From Myxococcales bacterium (GTDB lineage Bacteria > Myxococcota_A > Polyangia > JAHFDS01): 64,000 nt of DNA. Position numbers and translations under genes: made by a program. The notes beneath the pieces were generated by a model. It made no database searches and was not told where the DNA came from. It saw nothing but the letters and a program-made list of their open reading frames with translations. The DNA lies in NCBI GenBank assembly GCA_023248855.1, contig JAHFDS010000004.1:27876-91875 (forward strand). The letters run 5' to 3'. Of the stretch, positions 25,185 to 34,300 are shown piece by piece (positions within the stretch are counted from its first letter, which is position 1; every line of letters begins with the position of its first letter).

Positions 25185-26392
25185 CAGCGCGCCGCCCGCT
25201 CTGTAGAGCCGTGGGCGAGCTCGTGCTCGACCCGGTCCGCTACTTCCGCCAGGCGGTCCTCGTCGAGCAGGGCGCCGGGCGCGCTGATGGTGACCTCCAC
25301 CGAATCGGCGAGACTGACGATCGCCACATGGAGAGGGAGATCATCCGTCCGCTGCGGCAGGGCGTGGACCGATCGACACGCAAATCCCCCGCCGCTCAGG
25401 GATCCGGCGTTCGGGATGTGCACGTGCGACACGACCGCGGAGAAGGGAAAGCGCCCCCGCCGCCGGTGCCCGCCCGACCAGAGCGCATACACCAGGCGCA
25501 GCACCAGCATCGGGAGCCAGCGCACGATGCAGTCGGCAGGATCGAGGCGAAGCGCCTCTTTCGCGGCCAGGCTGCGCAGCATCGTGCCATGAACTTCCTG
25601 CCAGGTCGGCTCGGCGGCGACGTCGAGGAAGATCGGGTAGGTCAGGTTGCCGGACGCGCGCAAGCCCTTCTGGTAGCGTCGCAGGTCGACCGGAATCATG
25701 ATGCGGGTCGGCATCGCATGCTGCCGGTAGGCCAGGCGCGCCAGCGCGGCCGCCACCCTGGCCACCATGGCCGGAATACGGCCGGCGAGCGAGATCCGCC
25801 GGCTCACGACCCTTCGCCGTCGTGACCCTGCGGGCCCACGGATGGGCGCGTAGCGGGCCGCCAGCGCGGCGCGCGTCCGCCGGCCCACCAGGGACCGGAC
25901 GAGCTCCCCGTCGTTGACCGTGCAGTCGGCGCCGACGGGGGGCTCACCGCGCAGCACCCGGAACACATCCTCCGCGAAGCCCAGCAAGCCCTGCGCATCC
26001 ATGACGCCGTGGAAGCACCGGAACAGGATCCGTGGCTCCGGCGAGCGTACGAGCACCAACTCGCAGGTGGGCCCGTGGAGCGGCGACAAGGGTCGCGCAA
26101 TCCCCACGCGGGCGGAGCCGTCGGGCCACGACTCCAGCACCCGGACGGGCGGCAAGGGGCCACACGCGACCCAGCGCGACCAGCCGAGCACTCCGCGCAA
26201 GACGAGGCGGCACCCTGGATTGACCGCCGCGGCTCGCTCGACCGCGGTCTGGACGCGCTCCACGGACAGGTCGCCGCTACCCTCGAGCACGATCTCGATC
26301 GAAAAGCCGGCGCGGGGCCGCTCCGCCGCCAGGTAGACCCGCTCGGTGAACGAGATCTTGCGCGATTGCACCGTGGGGCGCGCCTCAGGCAT
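25184..26392 (-). CDS. Stand-alone condensation-domain-like acyltransferase (PapA5 / WS-DGAT / NRPS C superfamily)
   Basis: Start at ATG 26392 (MPEARPTV), overlapping the upstream stop (ATGCCTGA). Active-site block CFHGVMDAQG at 25990..26019, a variant of HHxxxDG that keeps the second His and the Asp. About 400 aa. Confidence 0.65.
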   Translation of the reverse strand: MPEARPTVQSRKISFTERVYLAAERPRAGFSIEIVLEGSGDLSVERVQTAVERAAAVNPGCRLVLRGVLGWSRWVACGPLPPVRVLESWPDGSARVGIARPLSPLHGPTCELVLVRSPEPRILFRCFHGVMDAQGLLGFAEDVFRVLRGEPPVGADCTVNDGELVRSLVGRRTRAALAARYAPIRGPAGSRRRRVVSRRISLAGRIPAMVARVAAALARLAYRQHAMPTRIMIPVDLRRYQKGLRASGNLTYPIFLDVAAEPTWQEVHGTMLRSLAAKEALRLDPADCIVRWLPMLVLRLVYALWSGGHRRRGRFPFSAVVSHVHIPNAGSLSGGGFACRSVHALPQRTDDLPLHVAIVSLADSVEVTISAPGALLDEDRLAEVADRVEHELAHGSTERAAR

Positions 26393-27440
26393 GGTCGCTC
26401 CCACGGCTTCCAAGCAGCGGACGAACCAGCTCACGGACCCCGCCGATCTCGTTGACCCAGGAATGCAGCCGCCGCATCCCGGTGTCACGGTCGACGATCG
26501 GTACGTAGCCGAGATCGCGCTCCGCGGCGGTCAGGTCGTAGGTGCTCGTCAGGGTGAGGAGGCTGACCCCGTAGCGCGAGATCGGGGGGGCCACGCGGCG
26601 AGCCAGGTACGGTAGCTTCCAGATCCAGTCCACCACCGTGGCAATGGCGCTGGCGAGCCGCGGGCTCAAACGCCGTCGCGGAGGGGGCGCCGAGAACGCC
26701 GTGGCGAGCTGCGCGATGAAGGCCCAGACGTCGGTCTGTTCCCGGTCCGTCACGAAGTACGCGTGGCCCCCCACCCGCGGGGCCGTCCCCGCCGCGACGA
26801 TCGCGGCCGCCGCGTTTTCGCAGTAGCAGATCGCCGCCCGGACCGCTCGCCCGCCGGACAGATCGGGGAGCTTGCCCTCGATCAGCTTGGCGAGCAGCCT
26901 CGGCAGCGGCCCCATGCGATCACGAGGCCCCCACACCGCGCGCGGGCGAATGGCACAGGTCGCGATTCCACGGCCGTTTTCACCGAGGACGAGCTTTTCC
27001 GCGGCCGCCTTGGTCTCGCAATAGAGGTTCAGGTGGCGCCGGGGATAGGGATAGCGCTCGTCGATGTCCACGTGCGGCTTGCCGTCCGCGACCACGCTCG
27101 GACTGCTCACGAAGACGAAGCGTTCCACCCCGTTTCCGCGGCTGGCCGAGAGCAGGTTTCGGGTTGCGTGGACGTTGGCCGCGTAGAACTGCCGCCGGCT
27201 GCCGAGATCCGTGACGCGTGCCGCGGCGTGGTAGACGATCTGCACGCCGCGCGTGGCACGCTCGGCCGTGTCCTCGGTTTCGAGATCGCCGACGGCCAGG
27301 TCGATTCCAGGGAGCCGGCGCAGATGGCTGAGGTCGCTCGAGGGTCGCACCAGCACGCGCACCTGGTATCCAAGGGCGAAGCAGCGGTCCACGACGTGGC
27401 TGCCGAGGAACCCCGACGCCCCGGTGACGAGGACCTTCAC
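26385..27440 (-). CDS. NAD(P)-dependent 3-beta-HSD / epimerase-family reductase (OleD / LstD-like by context)
   Basis: GTG start 27440 overlaps the upstream stop (GTGA). Rossmann motif VLVTGASGFLGSHVV and YxxxK in LYCETKAAAE. This is the only believable part of the 1041-aa track ORF 26385..29510. Confidence 0.85.
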   Translation of the reverse strand: MKVLVTGASGFLGSHVVDRCFALGYQVRVLVRPSSDLSHLRRLPGIDLAVGDLETEDTAERATRGVQIVYHAAARVTDLGSRRQFYAANVHATRNLLSASRGNGVERFVFVSSPSVVADGKPHVDIDERYPYPRRHLNLYCETKAAAEKLVLGENGRGIATCAIRPRAVWGPRDRMGPLPRLLAKLIEGKLPDLSGGRAVRAAICYCENAAAAIVAAGTAPRVGGHAYFVTDREQTDVWAFIAQLATAFSAPPPRRRLSPRLASAIATVVDWIWKLPYLARRVAPPISRYGVSLLTLTSTYDLTAAERDLGYVPIVDRDTGMRRLHSWVNEIGGVRELVRPLLGSRGSDHA

Positions 27441-29380
27441 GGGCGCGGGCTCCGGGCCGCGCGGGCGAGGGGGCCCCACCACGTCGCGCCGAGCAGGAAC
27501 GTGCAGGCGACGGCTCGCAGGTCCGAGAAGCCCGCACGCCGGGCGTGTGGGAGCGCGATGAATACCTGCAGGCCGTGGACGACGATGCTGAAGAAGGCGT
27601 CGATCCACCACAGCGCGCGCAGCGTCGGGCTCGCGAGCGGCCATGCGAGGCCCACAAGGAGGAAGATCCAGCCCGCAATGGGGACCAGCTGAAGCACTCC
27701 GACGGATGCGACGCGACCTTCGCGTGGCAGCCGCGAGGCGGCCCACAGGGCGAGCTCCTCGCGCTTGATCTTCGCGTTGTGGCGAACGTCGACCGGAAAC
27801 GATGGGTGGAATAGAAACGTCTCGAGGCCCGCGGTCAGGCTGTGCCGCGCGGCCAGGTGGCAGAGCTCTCCGCGGATGCGCGCGCGCACCGCTCGGCGGA
27901 CGCGCTGGCGCAGCTCGATGCAGACCACGGGTACCGGCGCGCCGGGGGAGCCGACGCCCACCAGCGCGCTGCGGTACACATCGGGATGGGCGTTGAAGAC
28001 CCCCTCGACCTGCACGGAGTACAGCGGGCCCCGCTTCGTGTTGACCCGATGGCTCTTGCGGCCACAGAACCAGAGGCGGCCCCGCTCGTCTACCCATCCG
28101 AGATCGCCCGTGCGATGCCAGCGCCGTCCCTGGTCGGGGATCTTGAAGAGCGCGTTGGCCTCCGGGTTGCGGTGATAGCTGCGGCTGACGACGGCGCCGG
28201 AGATGACGATCTCGCCGACCTCGCCGGGTGGTGCCCGGAGGGCGTTCGACCAGGCCGCGATCGGCCCGTCCGAGATCTGCACGATTCGCGCGTCGAGCTC
28301 GTCGGTGGGCTGTCCCACGCAGGTGCCCTGACCGGCGTGAGTGCGCGCGGCGGTCTCCCCGAGGATCTGGGAGGATTCGATGGAGGAGATCGGCGTCGCC
28401 TCGGTGGCGCCGTACGTGGTCTCGAGCCGGGCGTCGGCGGACAAGAGCGCACGAAAGCGCTCCACGATCGCGGGCGTCACGGGCGCCCCCCCGCATACCA
28501 CCGTGCGCAGGCTCGGCAGGCTGGTGTCCCGCGCCTGTGCGCAGTGCGCGACTCGGTGCAACAGCGCCGGAGAGGCGAACATGTGGGCCACACGAAACGC
28601 CGCGATGGCCTCGAGGATCTTTCGCCCATCGACGGACGCTGGGCGCGAGGGATCCATCGGCGCCAGCACCGCGGTGAAGCCGAGCAGCAGATCCAGGATC
28701 GCCATGAACGGCAGCGTCACGAGTGTGACCTCGTCCTCGGCGGGCGTTGGCAAGGCGCGAACCAGCGCACGCACGCGCCGTAGCATCGCCTCGACGGCGC
28801 CGTGCGTGACCTCGACGCCCTTGGCGGGGCCGGTGCTGCCGGTGGTGAAGCTGATGAGCAGGAGATCCTCGACCGTGGTCCTTGCGAGCGGGAGATCGCC
28901 GCTTGTGGAGCGTGCGATCCGGGCCAGCGAGGCCCCACCCCAGCACCAGCGCGGACCGACGGTGACGAGGGTCCGGAGCGTGGAAAACGTGCCGGGCCGC
29001 AGCACGCGCACCAGGTGGGCGAGGGGGATCCCCACGAAGGCGTCCGCACCCACCGCGGCGTAGCAGTGGAGCATGCGTCGGACCCCCATACCCGGATCGA
29101 CCACCACCGGAACCGCTCCGAGCTTGAAGAGAGCGAAGAGGATCGCGAACAGCTCCGAGCCGGGCTTGACCATGACGATGGTCCTCGTGCCTCGTCCGAT
29201 CCCATGCGACGCGAAGCCGCGCGCGCACGCATCCGACTCCGCGTCGATCTCGCGGTAGGTGCGCTGCGCCCAGCGGGTGGCGCCGCCGGCGCGAGCGGGA
29301 AACACGAGCGCGCGGCGATCGGGGAACCGCCGGGCGTTCTCGCGCAGGTGCTCGGCAACGTTCAGGGGCGCGTTCAGCAT
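27437..29380 (-). CDS. ANL-superfamily ligase of the OleC / LstC (beta-lactone synthetase) type, with a C-terminal membrane extension
   Basis: Cores ISFTTGSTGPAKGVEVTH, YGATEA, HRTGDLGWVDERGRLWFCGRKSHRV and tail FPVDVRHNAKIKREELALWA. The assignment to the OleC type rests on gene context (thiolase pair upstream, 3-beta-HSD downstream) and is not verified by search. Confidence 0.7.
   Translation of the reverse strand: MLNAPLNVAEHLRENARRFPDRRALVFPARAGGATRWAQRTYREIDAESDACARGFASHGIGRGTRTIVMVKPGSELFAILFALFKLGAVPVVVDPGMGVRRMLHCYAAVGADAFVGIPLAHLVRVLRPGTFSTLRTLVTVGPRWCWGGASLARIARSTSGDLPLARTTVEDLLLISFTTGSTGPAKGVEVTHGAVEAMLRRVRALVRALPTPAEDEVTLVTLPFMAILDLLLGFTAVLAPMDPSRPASVDGRKILEAIAAFRVAHMFASPALLHRVAHCAQARDTSLPSLRTVVCGGAPVTPAIVERFRALLSADARLETTYGATEATPISSIESSQILGETAARTHAGQGTCVGQPTDELDARIVQISDGPIAAWSNALRAPPGEVGEIVISGAVVSRSYHRNPEANALFKIPDQGRRWHRTGDLGWVDERGRLWFCGRKSHRVNTKRGPLYSVQVEGVFNAHPDVYRSALVGVGSPGAPVPVVCIELRQRVRRAVRARIRGELCHLAARHSLTAGLETFLFHPSFPVDVRHNAKIKREELALWAASRLPREGRVASVGVLQLVPIAGWIFLLVGLAWPLASPTLRALWWIDAFFSIVVHGLQVFIALPHARRAGFSDLRAVACTFLLGATWWGPLARAARSPRP
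27440..27725 (-). other. Hydrophobic C-terminal extension (about 3 predicted TM helices) on the OleC-like ligase
   Basis: Sequence: VGVLQLVPIAGWIFLLVGLAWPL...LRALWWIDAFFSIVVHGLQVFIAL...LRAVACTFLLGATWWGPL. Confidence 0.6.
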
Positions 29381-30255
29381 CGGTACACCGCGCAGGCGCT
29401 CGTGAGCCCGGCACCGGCGACGGCAAACAGGACCTCGACGTGATCGCCCAGGCGACGCTCCGCGAGCGCGCGATGGTAGCCGAGCGCGAGCGCAGAAGAG
29501 TGCGGCTCACCGTGGCCGGGGGCGGTGACGACGCTTCGTGCCGCTACCCCGAGCGCCGTCGCGAGGCGGTCTGCGAAACCCAGCGAGATCCGAGAGGTGA
29601 CGAAGAGGGTTTGCGACAGGTCGATCTGGTGCGACGCCGCGTGCCCGCGGATCGAGGTCACCAGGAGATCGAGGACGCGCTCCTCGTAATCGGGATCGCG
29701 TCGCAACGTCAGGCATTCGCGGCCGCGGTGGCCGCTGTCGCCGATCGCCAGGTAGCCTTCGCTGCCCGCCGAGTCGCGCGCTGCATCGTACGTGGTCACC
29801 GGGCCGAAACCGCGGCCAGGGTGATCGTCGTGGCCGAGCAGGACGGCCGCGCCGAGCGCGCGGATCGGGAAGCCGTGGGCGACTCGCTTCGACGGGTGGG
29901 CATCGCTCGAGACGATGAGGACCTTGCGCGTCTCGCCGAGCGCGAGGAACGCGCTCGCGACCTGCACGGCGTTGAGGAACCCGCACGCACCGTTCATGAG
30001 ATCGAAGGAGAAGGCAGCCTTCGGGTGCGCCACGTAGTCGAGGCTGATCCCGAGCTCGCGTTGGATGAGCGCTGCGATCCCGGGTTCCGTGAGGTTGTCG
30101 TCGCGATAGATCCCGACATGGATCAGGAGGTCAATCTCGTCGGGACCGAGTCCGGCCGTCTCGAGGCAGGCCCGAGAGGCCGCCGTGGCGTGGGTGAGCG
30201 CGCTCGCGATTTCCGGAGCGCAGCTCGATCCTGTGGCGAGGATGATGGCGCCCAT
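29374..30255 (-). CDS. KAS-III/thiolase-fold protein lacking the His-Asn pair (non-catalytic partner; LstB / NltB / PqsB-like)
   Basis: 293 aa. FDLMNGACGFLNAV keeps a Cys, but the His and Asn positions read FVTSRISLGF and GEPHSSALALG. It carries TEP (NLTEPGIAALIQRELG) at the position where FabH has F-P. Confidence 0.7.
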   Translation of the reverse strand: MGAIILATGSSCAPEIASALTHATAASRACLETAGLGPDEIDLLIHVGIYRDDNLTEPGIAALIQRELGISLDYVAHPKAAFSFDLMNGACGFLNAVQVASAFLALGETRKVLIVSSDAHPSKRVAHGFPIRALGAAVLLGHDDHPGRGFGPVTTYDAARDSAGSEGYLAIGDSGHRGRECLTLRRDPDYEERVLDLLVTSIRGHAASHQIDLSQTLFVTSRISLGFADRLATALGVAARSVVTAPGHGEPHSSALALGYHRALAERRLGDHVEVLFAVAGAGLTSACAVYRC

Positions 30256-30256
30256 G

Positions 30257-31315
30257 TCACACCTCGAGCGACGAGATGGTGGCGGAGACGCACCCGGTGA
30301 CGATCCCCGACGCCGCCGGAACGAACAGGATCTTGTTGCCTCGCTGGATGCGCCCTTGCCGGAGGTGATGGTCGAGCACCACGAAGTGGGACGTCGTGGC
30401 GGTGTTGCCGTACTCCTCCACGCAGCTCAGGGATCTCGGGACCTCGTGTCCTAGCTCCGGGCCGGCCACCTTGGAGAAGAGGTGCATCGCGAGCGTCCCG
30501 ACCTGGTGGTGAATGACGTGGTCGAAGCGTTCCGAAGCGAACGTGGCACCCCTTCGAGCCAGGACGTCGGCGAGAAAGGCGGGCCACAGCTTGATCCGAT
30601 GCCGGCTGTGCAGCTCCAGGTTGTTCGCGTACATGGCCATGCCCGGTTGCTGATCGCTCGGCATGCCGAGGCACATGAGGGCGTACTCGGCACAGGTCAC
30701 GAGCTCGATGTAGTGGATCCGATCGCGCTCGTCCTCCGATCGGTCGATGATCACCGCTGCCCCGGAGTCCCCCACGGTGAGTGAAGCCAGCTGTGGGTCG
30801 CGCGCATCCCTGACCTCCCGAGTGGCGGTCTCGGCGATGGGCGTGATGCACTCTCCACTGACGACCATCCCGGATCGGACGATCCCCGCCTTGATCATCC
30901 GATCGAGGAGCATGACGCCGGTCATCATTCCGGCGCAGGCGTTGGAGAGATCGAAGTGGAGCGCGCCATGCGCCCCGATGGCGCGCTTGATCCAGAGGGA
31001 GAACGCCGGTTCGAAGTAGATCCGGTAGCCGCCCACCTCGTCATTGCGGGCACGCGAGATGGAGGTCGACACGATGACGTCGAGCTGCTCGGCCCGGTAC
31101 CGAGATCGCGCCAGGCAGTTCTTCGCCGCGAGCAACGCGAGGGCCAGCGAGTCCTGGTCTGCGTCGCGGACTCGACGGTTCCGGATCCCGGTGAATCCCT
31201 CCAGGTCATCGGCTGACGCGGCGGTCATGCCGGCCATGAGCTCAGCGGTCGCCTGGACCGTCGCCGGTAGGTAGGCGCCGAGCGCCTCGAATCGTGTGAA
31301 GCGCGCGGTCGTCAT
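30257..31315 (-). CDS. KAS-III/thiolase-fold condensing enzyme with a complete Cys-His-Asn triad (OleA / LstA-like by context)
   Basis: FDLSNACAGMMTG (Cys codon ~30935-37), VIHHQVG, YGNTATTSH. FEP (RIYFEPAFSLWIKRAIG) occupies the FabH F-P position. Its ATG overlaps the PKS stop (ATGA at 31312-31315). Confidence 0.8.
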   Translation of the reverse strand: MTTARFTRFEALGAYLPATVQATAELMAGMTAASADDLEGFTGIRNRRVRDADQDSLALALLAAKNCLARSRYRAEQLDVIVSTSISRARNDEVGGYRIYFEPAFSLWIKRAIGAHGALHFDLSNACAGMMTGVMLLDRMIKAGIVRSGMVVSGECITPIAETATREVRDARDPQLASLTVGDSGAAVIIDRSEDERDRIHYIELVTCAEYALMCLGMPSDQQPGMAMYANNLELHSRHRIKLWPAFLADVLARRGATFASERFDHVIHHQVGTLAMHLFSKVAGPELGHEVPRSLSCVEEYGNTATTSHFVVLDHHLRQGRIQRGNKILFVPAASGIVTGCVSATISSLEV

Positions 31316-34300
31316 GCGGCCTCGGTTCGACGCGGGATGGTGGACATCCCGAGCCGCTCGAGCAGGTGGGCGGCCAGTGTCTCCACGGTCGCGTGGTCAT
31401 ACAGCTCGTGGACCTCGATCCGGGGCTCCAGCGAGAGCTCGTGCTGCGCCCGGCTACGGACCTCCACCGCCATGAGGGAATCCAGGCCGAGATCCATGAA
31501 CGTCTCGCTGCCCGGCGCCAAGGGCGAGTCGAGGCCCAGCACCCGCGCCACCTCGACCGCGATCCAGGTCTGCAGGAGCGGACCGCGGCGCTCCTGCGCC
31601 GCCGCCGCGAGCTCCGCGCGCAGCTGTCCGGCCGGCGCGCGATCGTCGGGGCCATCCCCGATCGTCGGGCTCATGCCCAGATCGGACACGAGCGGGCGTG
31701 GCCCCCGCGCCTCGTAGCTGCGGCGGAACCGCGGCCAGTCCACATCTGCCACGATCGGAGCCGGGGCTCCCGCCTGCAGGGCGGCGCCGATCGAGCGCAG
31801 CGCCACGTCCGGATCGAGCTTGCGGATCCCGCGCTCCTCGAGCGCGACGCCGGTCTCGCCGGCGGCCATTCCGTCTCCGGCCCAGGGGCCGAAGGCCACG
31901 GTGGTGGCGGGGATCCCACGGGCCCGGGCGCTTCGGGCCCACACCTCGAGGAAGGCGTTGGCGGCTGCGTAGGCGGCCTGACCACCGCTGCCCCAGACCC
32001 CGGCGATGGATCCGAAGCAGACGAACGCGTCGAGCGGCTGGCCCACAATCAGGGCTTCGAGCGCGCGGGTCCCGGCGACCTTGGGTGCCAGCGTGGCCGC
32101 CCAGCTCTCCGCGTCGAGCGGGCCCACGGTCGCCGTGCGGGGCGCTGCCGCGCAGTGCACGACGGTACGCAGCGGCATTCCTGCGGGCAGGCGTCGAGCT
32201 GCGGCGCGCAGGGACTCCACGTCCGCCACGTCGGCGTCGGCCACGGTAATGCCCACGCCGCGAACCTCGAGCGCCGCCACCGTCGCGGCCGCACCGGGCG
32301 TCTGGAGGCCACGCCGGCCGACGAGGAGGAGATGCTGGGCGCCCCGTTCCGCCAGCCAGCCGGCGATGCGCCGGCCGAGCGCGCCGAGCCCGCCCGTGAC
32401 CAGCGCGGCGCCCGTGGTGCGAAAGCCTCGTGCCGCCCCGGGCACGGCGGCAGGAACCACGCGCGGCACCCAGGCCCCGCCGGCGCGCAGCGCGAGCTGG
32501 TCGTCCACAGCGCGGGCGATGAGCACCTGGCCGAGTTGCCGCGCCAGGGCAACATCGAGCGGCCCCGGAAGGTCGACCAGGCCGCCCCAGGCCGATGGCT
32601 CCTCGAGCGCGAGCGTGCGCCCGAGCCCCCACGCCACCGCCTGCTCTGGGTTCGACGGAACGTCGCCGGCTCCAATCGATACCGCGCCTCGTGTGACCAG
32701 CCACAGGGGGATTCGTGCCGTGATCGCGGTGGTGGTCATGCCGAGCAGCACCCCCGAAGCGATCGGGCTCTGTTCGAGCAGGAGGACGAGGGCGGTGGCG
32801 CCGCTCGCATCCTGCGTCACCTCGCCGGGCGTGATCAGCTCCGTTTCGGCCCCGGCTTGCCGGAGGGCGGATGCCAGCAGCGAGCCATCCCCGGCTGTCG
32901 CCATCACGCGAAAGCGACCGGCACCTCGGGCGCGGCGCACGGGCGGCACGGAAGCCTGCCGCTGCCAGGCCAGCTCGTAGAACGGTCCCGTCGGGCCGTC
33001 CTCGCTCACAAGGTTCTGGTCGCCGGCGGCGATGGCTGCCCTCGCCTTGCCGAGCCAGTAGCGCTGGCGTTGCCAGGGATACGTGGGCAAGTCGACGACC
33101 GGGCCCCCGACCGGGAACACACCGCGCCAGTCGACCTCCGCGCCGCGCGCGTGGAGTGCCCCGAGGACCTCGAGCATCGCAACGCTGGCCGGCACGTCGG
33201 CACGCAGGGCTTCCAGATCCAGGACGACCTCGGGGCCCGAGGCTCCTAGAGCACCTGGTACGACGGCCGGGATCTCGAGCGCCCGATGGACCCGTGGATC
33301 CTTGATCCGGTGGCCGTCGGGTTGCGCGCTCGCGACCACGAGCCGGGCGGCCTCCGCGAGCGAGAGCACGCCGCCGATTTGGGCTGCGACGATCTCGCCG
33401 ACGCCTGCGCCACCGAGGCGATTGGGCACGATGCCCCACGAGCGCCAAAGGGCCCCGAGCGCGACCCCTGCTGCGAAGGCCACGCGCTCGGCTGGCCGCT
33501 CATCCGTTGCGTCCTCCCGGCTGGCTCGGGCGAGCGCCCCGATGGCTGCTGCGAGCGCTTGCCGGAACACGGGCCAGGTCTCGCCGAGCTCCTGGGCCGT
33601 CCGCTCCAGATCGCCGCCGCCGCCCGGGAACCACAAGGCCAGCGAGGGTGCATTTCCCGCGGTGCCGCGCGCCACGCCGTCGGGCGTCTGGCCGCCGCCG
33701 ACGGCGATCAGGGTGTGGCGCAGCGCATCGAGGGAGCTCGCCGTGATCGCCAGCCTGCAAGCGAACGATGTTCGCGAGGTGGCCAGCGTCCGCGCGAGAT
33801 CGCCGAGGGCGAGCTCCGGATGGGCATCGAGATGCGCGGCCAGCCGGGTGGTGGCCTCGGCGAGCGACGTCTCATCGCGTCCGGACAGGACCACGAGCTC
33901 GGCCGGCCGGCGCGTCGTCGCTGCGGTCACCGGCGTCTCCGGCGCCGCGGACAGCACGACGTGGGCGTTGGTGCCGCTGAAGCCGAAGCTGCTCACGCCG
34001 GCCACGCGGGGACCGTCCGGAAACGGCATGGCCTGCCGGGCCACGGCGACGGGCCACTGGTCCCATGCGATCATCGGGTTGAGCGCCTCGGCGTGGAGCG
34101 TCGCGGGGATGCGGCCGCGTTGCACGCACAGCGCCGCCTTGATGAGGCCGGCCACGCCCGCGGCCCCTTCGGTGTGCCCGACGTTGCTCTTGACCGAGCC
34201 GATCACGACCGGGCGATCCGCCGGGCGCCCCGCCCCGATCGCCGCTCCGATCGCCTGAACCTCGATCGGATCCCCGAGCGAGGTGCCGGTTCCGTGGCAT

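Noticed and set aside
26385-29510. 1041-aa minus-strand ORF treated as one gene
   Set aside because: Only its last ~351 codons (from GTG 27440) form a believable Rossmann-fold reductase. The upstream ~690 codons are Arg-rich and overlap, out of frame, the well-formed ligase gene 27437..29380.
29374-31315. The KAS-III pair as ordinary FabH or as a tetronate/pyrone-forming ketosynthase
   Set aside because: This is not fully excluded. However, no FkbH/glyceryl-ACP genes are present. The immediately following OleC-like and OleD-like genes, plus the E-P (not F-P) motif in both proteins, favour the OleA type. It is kept as the alternative hypothesis under the finding.
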